Positions 27,297-35,915 are shown, counted from the first letter of the stretch. The stretch: 64,000 bases of DNA from an uncultured Candidatus Saccharibacteria bacterium (GCA_964420015.1 CAYQPO010000001.1:87048-151047); one strand, 5' to 3'. Made by a program: numbers and translations. The notes: generated by a model not told the origin, from the sequence alone.

Positions 27297-27470
27297 ATGG
27301 CAAACAACACTTCTCGTCGCGGCTTCGCCTCGATGGACAAGGAGAAACAGCGACAAATAGCCAGCAAGGGCGGCAAGGCTGCACACGAGCGCGGCACCGC
27401 GCACGAGTTTAACTCGCGCGAGGCCGCTGAGGCCGGCCGCCTGGGCGGGCTCGCCCGCGGTCGCCGTTAG
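27297..27470 (+). CDS. KGG-repeat general stress peptide (not in the ORF track; 57 aa)
   Basis: MANNTSRRGFASMDKEKQRQIASKGGKAAHERGTAHEFNSREAAEAGRLGGLARGRR. KGG and GG-x-R repeats typical of the YciG/Con-6 family. A terminator hairpin follows. Confidence 0.5.
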   Translation: MANNTSRRGFASMDKEKQRQIASKGGKAAHERGTAHEFNSREAAEAGRLGGLARGRR

Positions 27471-27552
27471 CTACGGCGCAAAACCTGATGCAGAGACCGC
27501 CTTCGCTGTGCGCAGGCGGTTTTTGTAAACAAAAAGCCGGAGTAAAACGAGT

Positions 27553-28896
27553 TCATCGTTTTGCTCCGGCCGCCGGGAAGAAAGCAAGTTGTACCGGCTT
27601 CCCTAATCGCTTGTAGTAACTCTCGGGCAGCTCCAGTTGGGCGAGCTTAGCGAGTTGCACCACCGCGACGAGAAAGTTCCACCCGTAGAAACGCATGGCG
27701 AACGCGATCACATCGCCGTGCGCTTTGCACTTGTGACAATGGAAGGTCTGCAAGATGGGGCTTGCGGTTAGGCTCTGCCCTCGTGCTCGACAAAACGGAC
27801 AGGGCGCCCGCACGCCAGTGGCTTTGGGTGCCCACTGATGCTGCGGCATACACGAACGTACGTAGGGCACCACAGGCACCTTTTGTCGAAGCTCATCGAG
27901 CCATTGCTTGTCGAACCGATATCGCATCTTGCCTTGCGGCTTGGGCGGGCATTTCTGCGCCAAGATCGGCTCGCAGAGCGCGAGCTTTTCTTTGATCGCA
28001 TTGACTCGCTCGGTTCGTATCGCTCCGTCGAAGCGATCCTCCAGCTCCTTAAACCATGCGATCCGCCCCCGCAGCTGCGGGAGCGCTACGTCCAGCAAAC
28101 TATTGCTCAACAACACTTCGAGCTGCCGCTCGAGCGTGTCATAAAAGCCTTTCGTATGCGTAACGCGCTTGCGCCCTAGTTGCACGCCGGTGACCACCAC
28201 TGGGTGCGTGCGTCGATCTCCAGGTGACGTCTTTTTTTCGTTTACCCGGAAACCCGCACGCCCAACGATGTAGCGGATCTGCCCACGCACATAGCGTGGA
28301 ATCTCCGCCGCCGAAGAGAAGTTAAGGTCATCGGCGTAGCGCGTGTAGGTTATCGGCGCGTGCTTGTGCTCTTGGTGATGCGCAAGCAACTGCCCGATCG
28401 GCTCGTCGAGCCAAGAGCGAGCAACGAGCTCAAAGAGCAAAGGAGAACACGGCGCCCCTTGAGCAAGCCCGAGGTTTGGCACCATGCAATAGCGCTCTAC
28501 AAAGTCGATAACCTCCCTTGCCTCCCCAAACCACGGGTCGAGCAACAGAAGTTGTGCCGCCAGCTTGGAGGCCGACACGCTTGGGTAGGCATCTTTTAAG
28601 TCGAGTTGGAAGAAGTAACGATTGAGTTGATGGTCGAGCGCTCCTCGCACAGGAGACTGGCTGATGCCGGGCACCAATTTCTCGATCACTTCGACCAGGT
28701 TTTCGTGCACCGCTCGAAGCTCATCGCTGGGCTTCGAGATCGTTCGCCTTTTGCCCTTTATATTTCGGCGCTTGGTGACAAACGTCAGAGCATCGCGAGG
28801 ATGCCCCGAAAGTAGTTCGGCTATCCTCATTGCATGCTCCTCAGAGAGTGACCGTCCAAAAAGAGTGTAATCGGGCATACCAAAGCAGTCAAACAA
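27553..28896 (-). CDS. retron-type reverse transcriptase fused to a C-terminal DnaG-like CHC2 zinc finger
   Basis: RT motifs FFQLDLKDAY (A), GLAQGAPCSPLLF (B), YTRYADDL (C), HPVVVTGVQL (retron-like VTG). C-terminal CPFCRARGQ…FHCHKCKAHGDVIAF matches the primase CHC2 pattern. TTG start at 28896; the alternative is ATG at 28878. Confidence 0.75.
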   Translation of the reverse strand: MFDCFGMPDYTLFGRSLSEEHAMRIAELLSGHPRDALTFVTKRRNIKGKRRTISKPSDELRAVHENLVEVIEKLVPGISQSPVRGALDHQLNRYFFQLDLKDAYPSVSASKLAAQLLLLDPWFGEAREVIDFVERYCMVPNLGLAQGAPCSPLLFELVARSWLDEPIGQLLAHHQEHKHAPITYTRYADDLNFSSAAEIPRYVRGQIRYIVGRAGFRVNEKKTSPGDRRTHPVVVTGVQLGRKRVTHTKGFYDTLERQLEVLLSNSLLDVALPQLRGRIAWFKELEDRFDGAIRTERVNAIKEKLALCEPILAQKCPPKPQGKMRYRFDKQWLDELRQKVPVVPYVRSCMPQHQWAPKATGVRAPCPFCRARGQSLTASPILQTFHCHKCKAHGDVIAFAMRFYGWNFLVAVVQLAKLAQLELPESYYKRLGKPVQLAFFPAAGAKR

Positions 28897-28929
28897 AAAA
28901 GCTCCGATCTTGATCGGAGCTTTTACCTC

Positions 28930-29270
28930 GAGGCCTGGGGGCCATCAAGACAGTGATGTGGTTGAGGCAACGGCGAAGCCGGTTGCTGATCCTCCCCCTG
29001 GCGGTCGGATCGACATGTGAGACACCACCGATGCCGTCGTGCACCAGGGAGCGACCTCAAGGAGCGACCTGCGGTCGCACTCGAAGCATGCTCAGGGCTC
29101 AAGGCCACCGGGCAGGTGGCTATTGCCGGCACGCGTCCTATGCGCGGGGAGTCCTACGTAGCGTCCTACGAGGTTTACCCCAGAAGACCCTTCAAGCGCA
29201 ACGCCGGAAGGGGCAGTGTAGTAGAAAAGAACATCACGATGGTGCTCATTAAAGAGTTCCCCCAGGCCAA
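28930..29270 (-). ncRNA. candidate retron msr-msd-like structured ncRNA upstream of the RT
   Basis: ~340-bp GC-rich ORF-poor region bracketed by a 10-bp inverted repeat (CCCCCAGGCC 29259..29268 and GGCCTGGGGG 28932..28941). Internal hairpins. A TATAGT -10-like element sits just upstream on the minus strand. Confidence 0.3.
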
Positions 29271-29311
29271 CCGTGTGCACTATACCTCAAATTTCTGCCG
29301 CTCAGCTTATT

Positions 29312-29341
29312 TTGACATAAAGCTCGGCTGTGTGTTATACT
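29312..29341 (+). promoter_or_regulatory. sigma70-type promoter TTGACA-N18-TATACT for the OMP gene
   Basis: Near-consensus hexamers ~50 bp upstream of ATG 29390. GAGGGAAAGGA RBS. Confidence 0.5.
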
Positions 29342-29389
29342 GTAGAGCGGATTGGGCAATCAAGCCCGCCTGAGGGAAAGGACCTTTCT

Positions 29390-30097
29390 ATGAATCGTTC
29401 TCTGTCGGGGGCCTTGGTGGCCCTTTCGCTTTGCTTTGCGGCTCCGGCCACCGCGGCCGACGCTCCGAGCCTCCCGCGTCGCCAGTACGTGCCGGCTAAC
29501 GATTACGTCCGCCAAAACTGGGCGGGCGACTATATCGGCTTGACCGGCAGCTACAGCTGGGGTCGTGCCTCGTCGTGGGACTCCACGACCGGCGGCTTCA
29601 ACTACGGCACACACGGCGGCCTCGGTGGCGTCAGCTACCTGCACTACTGGCAGTTTGGCAACGTGGTCTTCGGACCCGAGGTCACCTGGTCGTGGGGCTC
29701 GGTCAGCGGCAAGAAGATCTTCGACTGCGGCCCGGGCTGCGTGCCTGTTAGCCACGCGAAGATCACTTCGCTCGGCACCGTCGGCGCCAACGTCGGCTAC
29801 GCGCTCGGCGACTTCTTGCCCTACGTCGGCGGCGGGTATGCCCGCGCGTCGACAACGATCCGCTCCGACCTCAACTTGGGCGGCACGACGCTCCTGTCGA
29901 TGACCAGCAGGCAACCGGCCGACGGCTGGTATGCCAAAGCGGGCCTCGAGTACAAGCTGACCGACAACATCACCGTCGGCCTCGCCTACCAGCGGACCGA
30001 GCTGACGCTCTCCGACTTCGGCGACTCGACCGGCTTTCGATCGAGCCAGAAGGCGACCGATAACGCGATCAGAGCCGATCTTCGGCTGCGCTTTTGA
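29390..30097 (+). CDS. outer-membrane beta-barrel protein (OmpA-like/opacity-family barrel)
   Basis: Signal peptide …AAPATAADA. Alternating amphipathic beta strands rich in Gly and aromatics. Ends with the C-terminal …LRLRF OMP signature. Confidence 0.7.
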   Translation: MNRSLSGALVALSLCFAAPATAADAPSLPRRQYVPANDYVRQNWAGDYIGLTGSYSWGRASSWDSTTGGFNYGTHGGLGGVSYLHYWQFGNVVFGPEVTWSWGSVSGKKIFDCGPGCVPVSHAKITSLGTVGANVGYALGDFLPYVGGGYARASTTIRSDLNLGGTTLLSMTSRQPADGWYAKAGLEYKLTDNITVGLAYQRTELTLSDFGDSTGFRSSQKATDNAIRADLRLRF

Positions 30098-30119
30098 GCT
30101 GATCGCACGCACTACAAAA

Positions 30120-30147
30120 GGCCCGGGACTTCTCCCGGGCCTTTTTG
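30120..30147. terminator. bidirectional intrinsic terminator GGCCCGGGA-CTTC-TCCCGGGCC flanked by A/T tracts
   Basis: Lies between the convergent OMP and SWIB genes. Confidence 0.7.
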
Positions 30148-30166
30148 TGCGTCAAAAACGCTCTGT

Positions 30167-30424
30167 TTATTTGAGGTGCCCGGAGACGAGCTTAGTCATC
30201 TCGAACATGGTTACCTCCCCTTTACCGCCGAACACTTTCTTAAGCTTGTCATCGGCCAAAATATTGCGCTTATTTTTGGGGTTTTGGAGATCATGCTTCT
30301 TGATGTAATCCCAGATCTTTTTAACTACCTCCCCGCGCGACATTGGACCCTTCCCTACCACCGCCTCGAGGTCAGCCGAGAGGTGCATAGGTTTGAGCAG
30401 TGCCGGATTTGCTTGCCTTGCCAT
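30167..30424 (-). CDS. SWIB/MDM2 domain protein
   Basis: …GPMSRGEVVKKIWDYIKKHDLQNPKNKRNILADDKLKKVFG… is the SWIB fold consensus. Start taken at MARQ. Confidence 0.7.
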   Translation of the reverse strand: MARQANPALLKPMHLSADLEAVVGKGPMSRGEVVKKIWDYIKKHDLQNPKNKRNILADDKLKKVFGGKGEVTMFEMTKLVSGHLK

Positions 30425-30677
30425 TCTTTTATTCAAATAATTGATTAATTTCGCACAGCGCCAGTATAGCACTCCCCTAGGGAGTGCCTAGAGGGCCCTG
30501 TGGGCAGGGCTTCACCCCCACCTCAGGCGCAACGGCCTACACTTTTTGTTATGGAACTCGTCTTGGTATGCAGGCAGTGCGGCCACACCGAGCGCGGCGA
30601 GAGCGCCCGAGGCTTAATGGTCAAGGTTCGCATGCTCAACCATCTCAACCGAGCCCACCCCGACGAGGTCGAGTCGT

Positions 30678-31472
30678 TTACACACTCGGTCGAGCAGACG
30701 CAACCCTCGTCACACTAAAGCTCGCGCCGTCTTGCCCCAGCACCGAGGGCGCCGCTAGTGCGCTCCCAAAGTGGCTATAGAGCGAAAGTGGGGTCGCGCC
30801 CGCGCTCTCGGGCGTGGTGGCGATGCCATCTTTAACTGCGCCTGCTGCACGAAACACCACTGCCCCAAAGTCGACCAGGGGCAAGAGCCCAACATGCCGC
30901 CCCCCAACCACCAGCGGGCTTTCTTCGACCCAATTGGCCGAGGAGTGTTCCGAGTGATAGGTAACCGTGCGTACACTTTGTTTGTCGGTTGTGTTGTTTA
31001 CAAAGAGTATCTGCCAGGTATCGGTCCCCACTTCGGTAAGAGCGACCGTGATCGAGTCGCCGGCCGACACCGAAAGTGGCGCCACTTGCGACACCTCTGG
31101 CAAGGTCTCGTACCAAGTCTCGTACTCGACCTGGCCGTTTTCGGTCATGCTTTGTGTGCCGGCTTGGATCAAATCATCGCTCTCTACCCCACCGATCCCC
31201 ACCCAGGTTGCCTCGCCAGCAAGTGAGTGCGCTGCAAGGACCTGCGGCACCCGCCACGTTGCTGAGACTGCCGTGTAGGTACCCTGGTTGGCAATGTATC
31301 CGGCCCAGTTGTACGAGGCGGCAGTGGTCGTTGCAAGCGGCGCATAAAACGCTGGCTGGCTGTTGCCCTCAAGCAAGGTGGCAGAGCTCCCGGGTGAGTT
31401 ACCCAAAAAAACTGCTGCAACACTGAGGAGCACACCTATGGAGAGCAGCTTAAGAAGCTGGGGCGCGCGCAT
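30678..31472 (-). CDS. secreted peptidase G1 (eqolisin / scytalidoglutamic peptidase)-like protein
   Basis: Signal peptide. SYNWAGY matches the G1 N-terminal SxNWAG. TWVGIGG and …NWVEES… resemble the Q/E catalytic-region motifs. Confidence 0.55.
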   Translation of the reverse strand: MRAPQLLKLLSIGVLLSVAAVFLGNSPGSSATLLEGNSQPAFYAPLATTTAASYNWAGYIANQGTYTAVSATWRVPQVLAAHSLAGEATWVGIGGVESDDLIQAGTQSMTENGQVEYETWYETLPEVSQVAPLSVSAGDSITVALTEVGTDTWQILFVNNTTDKQSVRTVTYHSEHSSANWVEESPLVVGGRHVGLLPLVDFGAVVFRAAGAVKDGIATTPESAGATPLSLYSHFGSALAAPSVLGQDGASFSVTRVASARPSV

Positions 31473-31556
31473 GCAGACACGCTACCAAACCACATAAAAA
31501 GAAAAGGTGAAGCCTCTTGCGCTTGGAGCTTTTTTCAGACAATCTTCACTGCAACC

Positions 31557-33668
31557 GTGATGGCATACCTTATCGGCCGCATGCACTACCTCCGCGCACT
31601 CTTTTCGCGCTCCTACCTTGCCCGCTTTGTTGCAATCGTAGCGGTCCATGCAAGCATCGTCGAGCTCAGCCTGTTTTTGGTGCCGCCCAATCTCCCCGGC
31701 GCATCGTTAGTCTGGCCTCCCTCGGCAGTCGGCTTGGCATTTTTGTGGTTTTGGGGGTTAGAGATGTGGCCCGCGCTCGTGGGCGCGTTTTTTGCCGTGC
31801 TGCTGGCAAACGGTATCTCGCCGCCCCTGGTTGCAACCACAGCGCTGGGCAACGCGCTGGAGGCATTGATCGGCGCGTTTATACTGCGGTACTATCTCGA
31901 TTTCGATCCGATGCTCTGGCGCCTGCGCGACGCATTGGGGCTCATTGTTGCCGCGTTTTTGGCTGCGCTCGCCTCGGCGACAATCATCTCGCTGGGTGTT
32001 GGGCTCATCTTACACGACGGGACGCCCTCGTCAGTGTTATGGTTGGGACTCTGGATCGGGCATACTGTCTCGATCATCACCTTCGGGCCATTTGCATTGC
32101 GTTGGTTTCATAAACCGTACTTCACTCGCACGCGCAATGAATGGATCGAGGGCATGATTGGCTTTGGTGTGTTAATCGCGCTCAGCTTTTTGATGAGCTG
32201 GACTCCGTACACCACGATCGGCGGCATACCGCTCCTGTACGTAGCGGTCATGGTGCTCATCTGGGTGGCCCTGCGCACCGGCCCGCGTGGCATTGCCTTT
32301 GCGCTTTTGGTCTTTGCGCTCATCCTTTCGACCGGCGTACTCTATGGGCACGCTTTACAATCACCAAGTGCTGATCCCCGCCAAATACTGTTTGGGGTTC
32401 AGATGATCATTGGTGTGCTCTCGCTTATCTTTTTGCTCTTTACCTCAATCACCGAGGAGCGCAAGGAGGCCGTGATCGCCCTTGAGGCTCACGTGGGCCA
32501 GCTTGAAGGGGCACTACAAAAAATCAGCAGCGAAGACCAGGCCAAGACCGACTTTATCGCGATCCTCGCACACGAGCTGCGCAACCCCCTTTCTCCCATA
32601 GTCTCCGCCCTCGAGCTCATCAAGCATAACGGCATAGAACCTGAAAACGAAAAGCTGGTGACGAGCATCGCCTCGCATGTCCACACCATGGCGCGGCTTT
32701 TGGACGACTTATTGGACATATCCCGCATCTCGCTCAAGCGCCTTAAACTCCAAAAAGAACCTGTGGAGATTCGTTCGGTCTTTGAGCGGGCACTCGAAAT
32801 GGTGCACCCACAAATTGAAGCGCGTGGGCATCGGCTTGCGGTTGAACTCCCCCAAGAAGAAATCTGGCTTCATGGTGATCCGGTGCGTTTAGGACAAATC
32901 TTCGTCAACCTGCTCAACAACGCGGCTAAATATACTGAGCAAGGCGGAGCGCTTAGTCTCAAGGCAAAACGCGATGGCCCGACCCTTGTGGTCGAGGTCC
33001 GCGACAGCGGCATAGGGATCTCACCCGATCGTCTAAGTGCTATTTTTGAGCCCTTTGGCGGCGACACGCCGGCGCGCGGATCGGCGGGACTCAGAATTGG
33101 TCTCTCCCTTGCCAAGCGCATGGCGCAGATGCACCACGGTACTCTCGAGGCCCATTCGGCGGGCGAAGGCAAAGGCTCCCAGTTTGTCGTGAGGCTCCCA
33201 CTTCCTACCAATATGCCCTTACCACTCCACGAAAACCCCAAACGTGTCCGCAGTCGCTTTTCGCGCGAAACGCTTGCACGGAGTGCTGCCAGAGACGAGC
33301 GGCTCAAAATTTTGGTTGTCGATGACAACGAAGCGGCTGCACAAAACCTTGGTCGTTTGCTTGAGCTCGGCGGCCACACTACTGCGATCGCGTATGATGC
33401 GCCACAGGCGCTTGCGCTTGCACGGCGTCTAGAACCCCATGTGGCGCTTCTCGACATCGGACTGCCGAGCATGGACGGCTACCAACTTGCAAAAGAGCTG
33501 CAAGTGCTCTTGCCGCAAATACAGTTGGTTGCTATTACAGGCTTTGGCCAGGCCGAGGACCGCCAAAGGGCTAGAGAAGCAGGCTTTGAAGAACATATGG
33601 TAAAACCAGTCTCCATTGTCGATGTCGAGCGTGTGCTCGGCGAGTTGCGCAATGGCGACACGTCCTAA
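31557..33668 (+). CDS. hybrid sensor histidine kinase / response regulator with polytopic N-terminal membrane domain
   Basis: ~8 TM. HisKA H-box IAILAHELRNPLSPI. HATPase (…GIGISPD…GLSLAKRMAQMHHG…). C-terminal receiver (LKILVVDDNE…LLDIGLPSMDG…). Confidence 0.8.
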   Translation: MMAYLIGRMHYLRALFSRSYLARFVAIVAVHASIVELSLFLVPPNLPGASLVWPPSAVGLAFLWFWGLEMWPALVGAFFAVLLANGISPPLVATTALGNALEALIGAFILRYYLDFDPMLWRLRDALGLIVAAFLAALASATIISLGVGLILHDGTPSSVLWLGLWIGHTVSIITFGPFALRWFHKPYFTRTRNEWIEGMIGFGVLIALSFLMSWTPYTTIGGIPLLYVAVMVLIWVALRTGPRGIAFALLVFALILSTGVLYGHALQSPSADPRQILFGVQMIIGVLSLIFLLFTSITEERKEAVIALEAHVGQLEGALQKISSEDQAKTDFIAILAHELRNPLSPIVSALELIKHNGIEPENEKLVTSIASHVHTMARLLDDLLDISRISLKRLKLQKEPVEIRSVFERALEMVHPQIEARGHRLAVELPQEEIWLHGDPVRLGQIFVNLLNNAAKYTEQGGALSLKAKRDGPTLVVEVRDSGIGISPDRLSAIFEPFGGDTPARGSAGLRIGLSLAKRMAQMHHGTLEAHSAGEGKGSQFVVRLPLPTNMPLPLHENPKRVRSRFSRETLARSAARDERLKILVVDDNEAAAQNLGRLLELGGHTTAIAYDAPQALALARRLEPHVALLDIGLPSMDGYQLAKELQVLLPQIQLVAITGFGQAEDRQRAREAGFEEHMVKPVSIVDVERVLGELRNGDTS

Positions 33669-34315
33669 GATTTTATTACTCCGTACACCACCAAGCGTTC
33701 GTCATACGTCTTCTGTCCCGCGATCCACACACCTTCGCACGTTATTAAATTGAGCCGTGCTTGATCTGCACGATTAAACAACAGCTCGGTCGGCACCGCT
33801 TGGTATGGATAGGTGGCGATTTCGCTCACCACAAAGCGCCGCACGCTCGAACTCGCCGTAACCACATCGATCTCGTCGCCCACTGCGATATCGCTCAAAT
33901 GTTTAAACACGCCAGGGAGTGCCAACCCGTTATCAACATGGCCGTCCATCACCGCGCTTCCTACAAACCCGGGTACCGTGCCCGCTTTGTACCATGCGAC
34001 GTCGGTAAAGTTACTCGGTACCGCCATCGCGCCACTTTTAGCGATCCCCACATACTGGATGTGTGCATCGAGGTTCAGTCTCGGAATTCGTAAGCGCACA
34101 GGCAAGTCGCCCCCAACTGCTACTTGTTTTGACACAGGCTGTATTGCCGCCTCGGGTTCGTTTTCGGGAGCAATAGTTGCGCGCGCGAGCGTATAGACAA
34201 AAACGCCCACACCGCCCACGAGGAGTAGCGCGGCGATAAGCGTTTTAGGAGAAGTCTTCACGGGAGCTGTAAGCGTAGCGACGCGGACTGAAACAGACGT
34301 GAATATTATGCCCAA
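33665..34315 (-). CDS. sortase (class F-like transpeptidase)
   Basis: N-terminal TM. …LRIPRLNLDAHIQYVG…GHVD…NLITCEG… carries the conserved His, the TLxTC Cys and the downstream Arg region. Confidence 0.7.
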   Translation of the reverse strand: MGIIFTSVSVRVATLTAPVKTSPKTLIAALLLVGGVGVFVYTLARATIAPENEPEAAIQPVSKQVAVGGDLPVRLRIPRLNLDAHIQYVGIAKSGAMAVPSNFTDVAWYKAGTVPGFVGSAVMDGHVDNGLALPGVFKHLSDIAVGDEIDVVTASSSVRRFVVSEIATYPYQAVPTELLFNRADQARLNLITCEGVWIAGQKTYDERLVVYGVIKS

Positions 34316-34768
34316 CTAGTACCAGCCAAAATACTGCAGCGCTTTGCGCACTACCCACACAGTAAAGAGCGCCAAGAGGAGGGAGGCCAGAATGTCGACT
34401 AAGTAATGGAGTCCTGCCGCGACGCGCGCAAACCCGATCAAAAACGCAAGGATCCAGAGCGCCAATCCAGAGCGCACGTCGGCGATCCAAGCGACGCTTG
34501 CCAAAATGCTGCTTGCAAGCATATGGTCTGAAGGAAAGCTGTTATCAATGTCATGCGGCACAAGCGGCGTAAACCCTTCTTGAGCAAATGGTTGCGGGTG
34601 GCTAAAGAAGAGCCCTGCAACGCGCGCGAGCGCATACCCAACCGCAAGAGAAACGACCGCGAGAAGTGCGAGCCGATTGCGATGCGGCGAGACGAGCACC
34701 ACTGCCACTGCACCGAGCGCCACAATATAGATAAGGTATTTTGCTCCAAAAATAATGAGTGCGTCCAT
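34316..34768 (-). CDS. PAP2-family phosphatase (membrane)
   Basis: FPSDHM and RVAAGLHYLVD match the PAP2 motifs PSGH and SRxxxxxHxxxD. Confidence 0.65.
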   Translation of the reverse strand: MDALIIFGAKYLIYIVALGAVAVVLVSPHRNRLALLAVVSLAVGYALARVAGLFFSHPQPFAQEGFTPLVPHDIDNSFPSDHMLASSILASVAWIADVRSGLALWILAFLIGFARVAAGLHYLVDILASLLLALFTVWVVRKALQYFGWY

Positions 34769-35915
34769 AGCTCTTATGATACCTCACAGACAAAACGCCC
34801 CGCGGCAAGCCGCGGGCGTTCGAATCGGTGGTATGATCCCTGCCATGGGCTTTATAAATTACGAGTATTTGCGGCCAATAAACGAGCCGGTATGGTTTGC
34901 TGCGCTCCATATGCGTAACGCGCTGCGCAGGCGCGCTGCGCAAAGTAATAATGCGACACTGATTATCAACGTGAGTCTTATCGGTGAATTTGCGGCCTCG
35001 CTTCCTGCCATGCACGCACTGATGGAGCAGTGCCCCGGCCCGGTCGATCTTCTCGTCTCTCCCCCACTGCGCTCGCTCGCCGAGCGCGTGCGCGGTGTGC
35101 GCAAAGTCTATACCGCAAGCTCCTCATTTAAACGCGCCGGCGAGCGAGGCAGCGAGATGCTTCCCTCAGCGCAGTACGACACTATCGTCGCCTTCCGGAT
35201 GAGCGCAGGGGCATACCACGCACTTAGTCGTGTACAGGCAGAGCATGTGCGCAGCGGTCTTACACACGTTGTCTCCTATGGATTTCATATAGGTTGGAGC
35301 ATGGCCCGCGGCAAAACGCCCATGAGCCTTCGAGAACATTCTTTTAAGATCGCACACTTGTCCGACAGAAAGCCAACCCTCAAAGAGCTTTTTAATTTTA
35401 CCGACGAAGAATATGCCTTGGGCAAAGCGCGTGTGGGGAGTGGGCCCGTGGTAGCAATACACACCGGAGCATCGTGGGTGCGCAATAGTTGGCCCCTTGA
35501 GAATTGGGCGGCGCTACTCGTCCTCCTGCATACCCATGGGTACATTACAGCGCTTGTCGGTACGCAAAAAGAGCAGGCTGATTTCGACGCATTGCAAACA
35601 ATGCTCCCTTTTCCTATCCGCTCACTCGTTGGCTTGCCGCTCCCAGAGCTACTGCCAACACTTGTTGCTTGCAAGGCATTTATCGGCGTAGACTCCGGGC
35701 CACGAAACCTCGCGCATCTTTGCGACCTTCGGAGCGTAACCTTGCTAGGACCAGCGCCGCACCTCTTTACCCCACACGATAAGCGCGACCGGGTGCTTGA
35801 TAAATCTGGAGGCCGGCGTGTACTTGAACGTTATATAAAGACAAAGGGCAAAAGTTTAATGGAACAGCACACGCCGCAAGAAGTGTTCGAGCAATTTATG
35901 CAGCTGCCCCAATAG
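34755..35915 (+). CDS. glycosyltransferase family 9 (LPS heptosyltransferase-like)
   Basis: …IINVSLIGEFAASLPA…WPLENWAALL…FIGVDSGPRNLAHL… The true start is probably an internal Met (34833 or 34845). Confidence 0.6.
   Translation: MSASIALMIPHRQNAPRQAAGVRIGGMIPAMGFINYEYLRPINEPVWFAALHMRNALRRRAAQSNNATLIINVSLIGEFAASLPAMHALMEQCPGPVDLLVSPPLRSLAERVRGVRKVYTASSSFKRAGERGSEMLPSAQYDTIVAFRMSAGAYHALSRVQAEHVRSGLTHVVSYGFHIGWSMARGKTPMSLREHSFKIAHLSDRKPTLKELFNFTDEEYALGKARVGSGPVVAIHTGASWVRNSWPLENWAALLVLLHTHGYITALVGTQKEQADFDALQTMLPFPIRSLVGLPLPELLPTLVACKAFIGVDSGPRNLAHLCDLRSVTLLGPAPHLFTPHDKRDRVLDKSGGRRVLERYIKTKGKSLMEQHTPQEVFEQFMQLPQ

Noticed and set aside
28923-29373. ORFs 28923..29132(-), 28953..29252(+), 29017..29373(+) in the region upstream of the RT
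   Set aside because: Arg/Pro/Cys-rich GC-frame artefacts with alternative start codons and no RBS or motifs. The region is better explained as structured non-coding DNA.
30552-30719. 55-aa ORF MELVLVCRQCGHTERGESARGLMVKVRMLNHLNRAHPDEV… with a C2H2-like spacing
   Set aside because: Short, with no RBS. A single CxxC…HxxxxH could be chance. Insufficient support to call a gene.
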